Origin: a virus
Taxonomy: Duplodnaviria; Caudoviricetes
Length of the DNA stretch: 26,358 nucleotides
IMG/VR virus record: IMGVR_UViG_3300022777_000016
Coordinates: 1 to 26,358 of that record
Reading direction: 5' to 3' (one strand)
Both the position numbers and the translations under genes were made by a program. Below the pieces are notes generated by a model, which saw nothing but the letters and a program-made list of their open reading frames with translations, was not told the DNA's origin and did not search any database. Positions 8,820 through 14,700 of this stretch are shown in pieces; position 1 is the first letter of the stretch; every line of letters begins with the position of its first letter.

Positions 8820-8841
8820 AGGCCCCGCAGGCGCGGGGCCT
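8820..8841 (+). other. Intergenic stem-loop within the island
   Basis: AGGCCCCGC-aggc-GCGGGGCCT perfect 9-bp stem, no U-tract. Confidence 0.5.
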
Positions 8842-8886
8842 CGGCGGGCCGCTTGGTCCGGTTCAACAGCAGACAAGGGGATAGCA

Positions 8887-9393
8887 ATGGCTACACGCTC
8901 GATCGTTTCGATTCGCCTGGGACGGGCGATCACGCACTTCTACCGCCACCACGACGGGATGCCCTACCGCGCGGGCCGCGACCTGGCCGTGCTCCTGGAG
9001 CGCACCAAGATCGGCGGCGCGGGGCGTCTGATGGAGAAGCTCAGCGAGGCGCGCTATGCCGATCAGCCCGGGCGCCTGGTCTACGACCAAATCGGGTGCC
9101 AGGACGAAAACCTCGACATCGAGGACACCGACGCCGACTGGCTCTACGAGATCGCTTTCCCACCACCCGATCGCTACGGCCGGCTGTCTGATCTGTCAGT
9201 GCGGGTCCATCGCCGCGGCCAGGACGACCCGGCCTTCATGGGCGACGGCGTCGACTTCGTGATCTGGATTTCGGACTACGTACGCTGGGTGAACTTCTGG
9301 CACGAGGCCGGCGTACCCCAGCTGATCGGGGACGGGCCGGGCGGCTTCGGCCTATGTGACAAGATCACGACGTTTGAGGAGGTCCGGGGCTGA
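8887..9393 (+). CDS. Hypothetical protein with M[A/S]TR...Y.H.DG.P N-terminal motif
   Basis: 168 aa, AAGGGG RBS; MATRSIV...FYRHHDGMP..AG.DL pattern, which I recall from uncharacterised phage/plasmid proteins. Confidence 0.8.
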   Translation: MATRSIVSIRLGRAITHFYRHHDGMPYRAGRDLAVLLERTKIGGAGRLMEKLSEARYADQPGRLVYDQIGCQDENLDIEDTDADWLYEIAFPPPDRYGRLSDLSVRVHRRGQDDPAFMGDGVDFVIWISDYVRWVNFWHEAGVPQLIGDGPGGFGLCDKITTFEEVRG

Positions 9394-9650
9394 TGATTTC
9401 GCGCACTGTCGAAGTGGACACCACGGTATCGGTCGAAATTGAGCTGAGCGAGATACCGGCTGAGGATTTACAACACGAACTCGACCGCCGCGAGGTCGCC
9501 GTATCTGGCGGCGCTTACGAGCATGTTCTTCGCCGCATCGTCCGCGAGCACCACGTGCTCGGTATGCCGCTCAAGGACGTCGTTGACGATCTATTACGCG
9601 AAGGCGGGTTCCTCGCTTTGGCGTCCGAAGCGTTCGCCACGGAGGAATAG
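9393..9650 (+). CDS. Hypothetical protein (85 aa)
   Basis: GAGGAGG RBS, TGATG overlap; V.VEIELSEI..EDL..EL.RR N-terminus. Confidence 0.75.
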   Translation: MISRTVEVDTTVSVEIELSEIPAEDLQHELDRREVAVSGGAYEHVLRRIVREHHVLGMPLKDVVDDLLREGGFLALASEAFATEE

Positions 9651-9653
9651 GGT

Positions 9654-10160
9654 ATGTGGGTTTTCACGCCGACGTCCTTTGTCTCGCTGGTCGAGGACAC
9701 CAACGACATGACCCGCCTGATCGCCCGGGCTCGGTTCCCGGGCGACCTTGAGCGCATGTTCCCCGCCCAGGCGGACAAGGTCATGGTCACGCCCTGGGCC
9801 GACTACCGCTACCGCGTCTTTGTGGCCCGCCACGTCGCCGCTGAGGCGGTCGCCGCGGCCGCGCGGGCCGTGACCTACCCCAATTTCAAGGACGCCGCCA
9901 AGGCGGCCGGGGCGGATGATGTACGCCTCGGGGCACTGGGGCGCGTTTGGAGCGCACTCTACGACGGCCAGGCGCGGGCCCACGGCGATCCGTTGGCGGG
10001 TTTCGGTGGGCCTGTGTTTACCGACTACGCCGACGCGGGGGACCTGGATACCCGGGACCTGGACCTATCGACCCCCGAGGACGACAGGGCGCCGGGGTGC
10101 GCTTTCTGCGGGGACCAGCCCGACCTGTGCGATTGCGGGTATCTCGACGATGCCTCGTGA
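9654..10160 (+). CDS. Conserved phage hypothetical protein (MW.F...F.S.V / RAR / DYRYR / Y.NFK family) with C-terminal Cys cluster
   Basis: 168 aa, GGAGG RBS; motifs MWVFTPTSFVSLV, ARAR..GDL, ADYRYR, TYPNFK, VW..L; tail C-x2-C-x6-C-x-C. Confidence 0.85.
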   Translation: MWVFTPTSFVSLVEDTNDMTRLIARARFPGDLERMFPAQADKVMVTPWADYRYRVFVARHVAAEAVAAAARAVTYPNFKDAAKAAGADDVRLGALGRVWSALYDGQARAHGDPLAGFGGPVFTDYADAGDLDTRDLDLSTPEDDRAPGCAFCGDQPDLCDCGYLDDAS

Positions 10161-10245
10161 TCCAGCCGAGTACGAAGGCAGCGACAAGCGCCGGCGGGAT
10201 GAGGCCCGCCGGCTTCATGAGCAACGCGGGGGGAGTGAAAGGTGA
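10150..10245 (+). CDS. Possible 31-aa peptide (MPRDPAEY...)
   Basis: Fills the gap between two genes; overlaps the upstream stop region and has a GTGA overlap with the next gene. Confidence 0.35.
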   Translation: MPRDPAEYEGSDKRRRDEARRLHEQRGGSER

Positions 10246-10544
10246 GCGACGTAACGAATCTGTGGCGGTGGTACGGCGCCGACGATACTAGCGGCCGTCG
10301 ATATTCCGGCAGGAAGTACCAATGCTCACACGGGAAATTGCGCGAATTGTGCGAGGTCTGCGCGCGGGGCGACGAGATCGAATACCTGCGTGAGCGTTGC
10401 GAGGACCTTGTGCGCCAGCGGGAGACCTGGCGCGACAAGGCCGAGCGTGCCGCGCAGGAGGCACGCGAGCACAAGGCGATGGTGCGCGAGATTTACGCGA
10501 TCGCCGCGGGCGCCACACCCGAGCCCGGCGACCGCGGCGCGTAG
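10242..10544 (+). CDS. Hypothetical protein with C-x-H...C-x2-C putative Zn site and coiled coil
   Basis: 100 aa, GTG start with GGGGGAG RBS; QCSHGKLRELCEVC followed by a heptad-like helix. Confidence 0.7.
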   Translation: MSDVTNLWRWYGADDTSGRRYSGRKYQCSHGKLRELCEVCARGDEIEYLRERCEDLVRQRETWRDKAERAAQEAREHKAMVREIYAIAAGATPEPGDRGA

Positions 10545-10563
10545 GGCAAGCGACCGGCGGGCG

Positions 10564-10598
10564 GCCCTCGCCACCCTGGCGGGGGCGCCTGTTGGTTT
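10564..10598 (+). terminator. Putative terminator closing the first island transcription unit
   Basis: GCCCTCGCCA-ccc-TGGCGGGGGC stem followed by a T-rich run (ctgttggttt), immediately before promoter copy 2. Confidence 0.5.
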
Positions 10599-10602
10599 GG
10601 GG

Positions 10603-10667
10603 TATTGCCCTATATAGAAACCTGTGGTTTACTAGGGGTGTCGGGCAAGGCCCGGCGGATCAACAGC
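10603..10667 (+). promoter_or_regulatory. Island promoter module, copy 2
   Basis: TTGCCC-17 bp-TTTACT with an extended TG; perfect AAACC-N3-GGTTT palindrome at 10618-10630; same hairpin at 10640-10656. Confidence 0.75.
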
Positions 10668-10682
10668 CACAGGGGTCAAATC

Positions 10683-10844
10683 ATGAACAACCTTTCCACC
10701 ATTCGCCAATTCGCCGCCAGCTGCGCGGCCCAGGGCTTCACCGAGCAGGAGACGGTCGAGCGCGTCCAGATGGCGCTGTCGATCAGCGTTCTCACCGCGC
10801 AGCGCGCCCGCCGCGCCTTCCGCGACCAACAGGCCAAGGGGTAA
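10683..10844 (+). CDS. Small hypothetical protein (53 aa) co-transcribed with the AcrIF11-like gene
   Basis: Start revised to ATG 10683 (AGGGG RBS), after promoter copy 2; stop is 4 nt before the next ATG. Confidence 0.7.
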   Translation: MNNLSTIRQFAASCAAQGFTEQETVERVQMALSISVLTAQRARRAFRDQQAKG

Positions 10845-10848
10845 GGTC

Positions 10849-11313
10849 ATGGTCTATCTGGTTCACGAGGGCGCGCATCCGGGCAAGATGGACCCCCTTG
10901 GGCCGTTCGGCACCTTTTTGTTTTTTCAAGAACAAGAGCACGACCGCTCCAGCTCAACCCGTGGTACAAGCGGCACGCTATATGCCATTGAAGTTGACGA
11001 CCACCTAATATGCACACCGCGCGACATCGTGTTTGATTACAGCAACGACGCGCGCTTGCAGCCGTGGATCGACTACGTCACCGATCGATACGGCATCGAC
11101 GAAGGTGACGCTCTTGATGTTATTGGCGACAAGCCTATCCAGCACATGCTGGATCTGGAGGAACCAGGCGAGGAAGGCTGGCTACAGCAATGGGTTATTG
11201 CCGAGGCGGCTCGCTCGCTGGGCTTTGCTGGCGTCGAGGTACAAGATGAGCTCGGCTACTCGATCATGCTCGATATGGAGGGCCGTGAGGATCAATTGCA
11301 GCTGCTTACGTAA
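10849..11313 (+). CDS. acrIF11: AcrIF11-family anti-CRISPR ADP-ribosyltransferase (putative)
   Basis: 154 aa acidic protein; pattern L.H...G.FG.FLFF...LY.I...GW..Q....A..LGF.GVE.QDE.G...M.DM matches my recollection of AcrIF11 (LFHGS...GVFGGLF...GWELQ...LGYTSVEMEDEHGT); visibly more AT-rich than flanking genes. Confidence 0.8.
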   Translation: MVYLVHEGAHPGKMDPLGPFGTFLFFQEQEHDRSSSTRGTSGTLYAIEVDDHLICTPRDIVFDYSNDARLQPWIDYVTDRYGIDEGDALDVIGDKPIQHMLDLEEPGEEGWLQQWVIAEAARSLGFAGVEVQDELGYSIMLDMEGREDQLQLLT

Positions 11314-11355
11314 AGCGCGCGCGGTCGAATTGTCGCCGCGTCACTTGCCGTTTTG

Positions 11356-11379
11356 GCCCCGCTCTGGCGGGGCTTTTTT
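11356..11379 (+). terminator. Rho-independent terminator ending the island
   Basis: GCCCCGC-tctg-GCGGGGC-TTTTTT; the T-tract overlaps the stop codon of the convergent minus-strand gene. Confidence 0.85.
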
Positions 11380-11773
11380 ATGCCTGGGGGTCGGGGTTGG
11401 TCGGGCCGATCACTTGCTCGATGGCCTCACGCGCGCGCTCGCGGGATGCGTCGAGCTCCTGGCGCACGCTTTTCCATTGGCTCCACTGGCGCACCAGCTC
11501 CGGCTCGATTTGGGGGATGATCGGGCGAATCGTGTAGGTCCCCGCCGGGTCCTCGAACGTCCGCGGGCCGTCGTCGGGCGCGGGCAAGACATGGAACGGG
11601 TGGCCAGGGTTATCCGGCACGGCCCAACCGACGTCGACCATCACGATCTCGCCGGTCTCGAGCGTGTAGACCTCAGCGACTAGGCGCCCGGTCTCGGCCG
11701 TTTCCGGCGGTATGTCGAGGACGAACGGCGTGTCGCTATCGCGCGCCGCTAGGTGTTCGCGCACCACTTCCAT
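11378..11773 (-). CDS. Hypothetical protein, candidate immunity/partner of the MuF effector
   Basis: 131 aa acidic; starts 4 nt after the MuF stop; immunity role inferred from position only. Confidence 0.7.
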   Translation of the reverse strand: MEVVREHLAARDSDTPFVLDIPPETAETGRLVAEVYTLETGEIVMVDVGWAVPDNPGHPFHVLPAPDDGPRTFEDPAGTYTIRPIIPQIEPELVRQWSQWKSVRQELDASRERAREAIEQVIGPTNPDPQA

Positions 11774-11777
11774 AGGT

Positions 11778-14700
11778 TTACTTTACCACTTCCTCAAGGG
11801 CCCGACCATCGGGCCACTCATTGAAGCCGTTATCGCGGAGCACTTGCAGCACGCGCTCGCGCTCGCTCGCGCTGCTCGTCTGGATGCGGTCGAGGCCATC
11901 GAACAACGATAGCCCGCCCTTGAAGATGGTTTCGTTGGTGGGCCTCTTGGCGGCCCCTTGCCATTCCTCGGTGCCGACCTGGCGGTTTTTCTGCACGAAG
12001 TCGCCCTGCCCGTCGCGGTCGACGACACGGCCGAACTCGTCGCCCGAGTAGCTGATGCTGTCGAGGCGCTTGAGGTGGTCGGCCTTCCAATAGAAACCGG
12101 GGGACGAGGACTGGCGCTTTTTGATGCGGGTGAAGAAATACGACGCGCCGCCGGTCTCCATGTCCTGGTCAGGCGACATGCCCCCGTGCGGGATGCCGCG
12201 GCGTAGGCGGTCGGTGTTGGGCGACATCTTGCCGCCGGATTTGAGGACGTTATCGAGCGCGCTCGCGAGGTCCCCGCGCGTGTTCTCGTGATAGAGCCGA
12301 TGCTGGCGTGCGAACTGGCGAAACTCGGGCGTATCGAGGTCCGGGCGCTCGCGGCGCACCAGGCCGTGGCCGAACGCCTCGTGATCGCCCTGGGGTCGGT
12401 AGTTGGGCATCTTCGTGATGTCCTGGCCGACCTGCCCCGATAGCCACCGCTGCATTGCCGCAACCCGCTCGGCCTGGTCCTCGATGCCCTCGGTTTCTGC
12501 GATGAATTGATCGAAGCCGTCGCGCCGGTGGCGGGCAATCTGCGTGAGGTAGAGCTCCTCGCCGTCGAGGTCGGTGGCACGCGCGCCGTTGACCCCGAGC
12601 TCATCGAGCGCCTGGATTGTCTTTTCAGCCGCGCTCGTGTCGTCACCGGGGGTCTCGATGATCAGCCGGTTACGGATGGCGGTGCTGCGGTTGCTCGATG
12701 GGAAGTACAGCACGCGCCGGCCGTCGGATAAGAACGCCTCGTAATGCGTGGGGTCGCCAAGGCGCTGTACCTCGTCGGTGTCCTGGGCGAAGCCCCGGTC
12801 GAAGCGCGCCATGGTCCACGGGTGCTCGGTTCGCTTGGTCCACTCGATCGACGGCTTGTCGGCCTCGGGCTGCTCGGCCTTGGTGATGACACGCGCACCC
12901 TTTTCGAGCATGGACGCGGGCGGCGCCCAATCGGGGACCTCGCCGAGCGGGCTTTGGCCGGCTTTGTTGAGCGCGTCGACCCACGGCTCGAAGCGCTGGC
13001 GCAGCGCCTCGATGCTTTCCGGGGCGAGCTCGCCGTCGGCGACCCGTTGCTTCACCGCCGCCAGGGCGTCGTCGTAAGACTGGCGGGCGGTGGCGATGCG
13101 GTCGGCGTCCTTCTGGCGTAGCCCGCCCTTGAGCGCTTGGCTGCTCAGGCCCTTCGACGCCTCGATGATGCGGGTCTCGAGGGTGGCCTGCTCCGGTAGA
13201 TCGGGCAGCTTCGTGGCGGCACCCTCGATCTGCTCGTCCAGCTGGCGAGCTGCGGAGCGGCGCACCTTGAGGTCGGCGTTGGTGAACACGTCGCCGTCTT
13301 GGCTTCGCTGGCGCCACACGAGCACCTGCTGGTCCTCGATCTGGTCCTCATCGGTGCGGAAGGCCACCCCGTTGCTGCGCGCGTCGTCGACGAGCTTGGA
13401 CTCGGTCTCGGTCACACGGGCACCGGCCGGTTTCGGCTCGACGTCGGCACGCTCGGCGGCCTCGGGGAAGCGCTCGAGAATATCGTCACGTCGCGCCTTG
13501 AGCGTCGCCGCCAGGTTGGCCGCGGTCTGCGGATCGGCCGGGCCGTTGTTCTCGATCAGCTCGTCGATCTGCTCGTCGGTGATGCGGGCGACCTTGCGGG
13601 CACCGGCGACCATGTCCTCGCGGCTGATGTTGGCGAACGCCTGGGCCGACTGCGGGTTGATCTGCGGGTCGCGCAGGGTCTCGATCTCCTGGACCTCGCC
13701 GGTCCACTGACTCGCCGACTTCGGTGAGCCTTGGGCGCGGTAGCGTAGGGCGCCACCCGTATCGACACGCACCGCGCGCCCCGCCTTGATGAGCAGGTTG
13801 TCGTAGTCCAGGCCGGCGACGTCCCAATTGCCCAGCCAGGCATCGACGACGAAGTTGCGATGCGCACCGTCGATGCTCGACCAATCGGTGCCGGGGCCGC
13901 CGGTTTCCAGGCCCTCGATGATCTGTGAAGCGAGGCTGCGCGTACCGTCCAGGTCGATCATCTCCATGCGCGGGACCTCGACACCGGCCGCCTCGTAGAG
14001 CTTGCCCGCGAGCACTTCGTTGCGCGCGATCTCGGGTGAGTCCGGTTGCTTGATGTACCACTTCTGGCCGGTCTCGGTGTCGAGGTACGTCCCGCCCGGA
14101 TTCGAGCCTTGCTGCTCGCCCACCTTTGTGAGCGCTTCTGTGTTGATCTGTGGCGCGGGCTCGGTCTCGGGCGGGCCCTGCTCCGGGGTAGCGTCGGGGA
14201 CCGAATCTGACTCGGCGCTGGCGTCGCTGGCGGCGAGTTTGGCCTTGGCGCTGTCTGGCAGCGTGACGCCGTTGTCGTCGGCCATGTTGGCGAACGCCTG
14301 GCCCGTGCCACGCGCCTTGGCGATACCCGCGGCTTCCTCGAGGACGTCCTCGACCGCCGGGCCCTTGCCCTTGAGGACCTTGAGCCCGGGGCCCTGGGGC
14401 TCGTCGAAGTTTTCGGGGTCGATGAGCCACTTGAGCGCCTTGGCGGCGTCCGCCTCGGCGTCGGGCGTAAGCGGGAGGTCCGCGGCGAGCACGTCGGTCA
14501 CCAAGTCGTCGGCCTGGTCGCTGGCTTCCTTGGCGCTGATCGAGGCCGCGGGCGACTCGATTACGGACTCCGGCGCCTGCGCGGCCGCCTGATCGGCCTT
14601 GGCCTTGTCCAGCTTGGCGAGGAACTTGTCTTGCTCGGCCTCGTCCATGGCATCGAACGCGGCCTTTTGCGCGGGCGTGGGAATCTTGCCGGCGAGCACC

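Noticed and set aside
8245-10667. Island direct repeats as a CRISPR array, att sites or IS ends
   Set aside because: Only two full copies 2.36 kb apart, each with promoter architecture ahead of an RBS; no spacer periodicity, integrase or transposase
8327-10844. An aca (HTH) gene within the island
   Set aside because: None of the island ORFs shows a convincing HTH pattern by eye; a divergent DNA-binding fold in the 53- or 85-aa ORF cannot be excluded without a profile search
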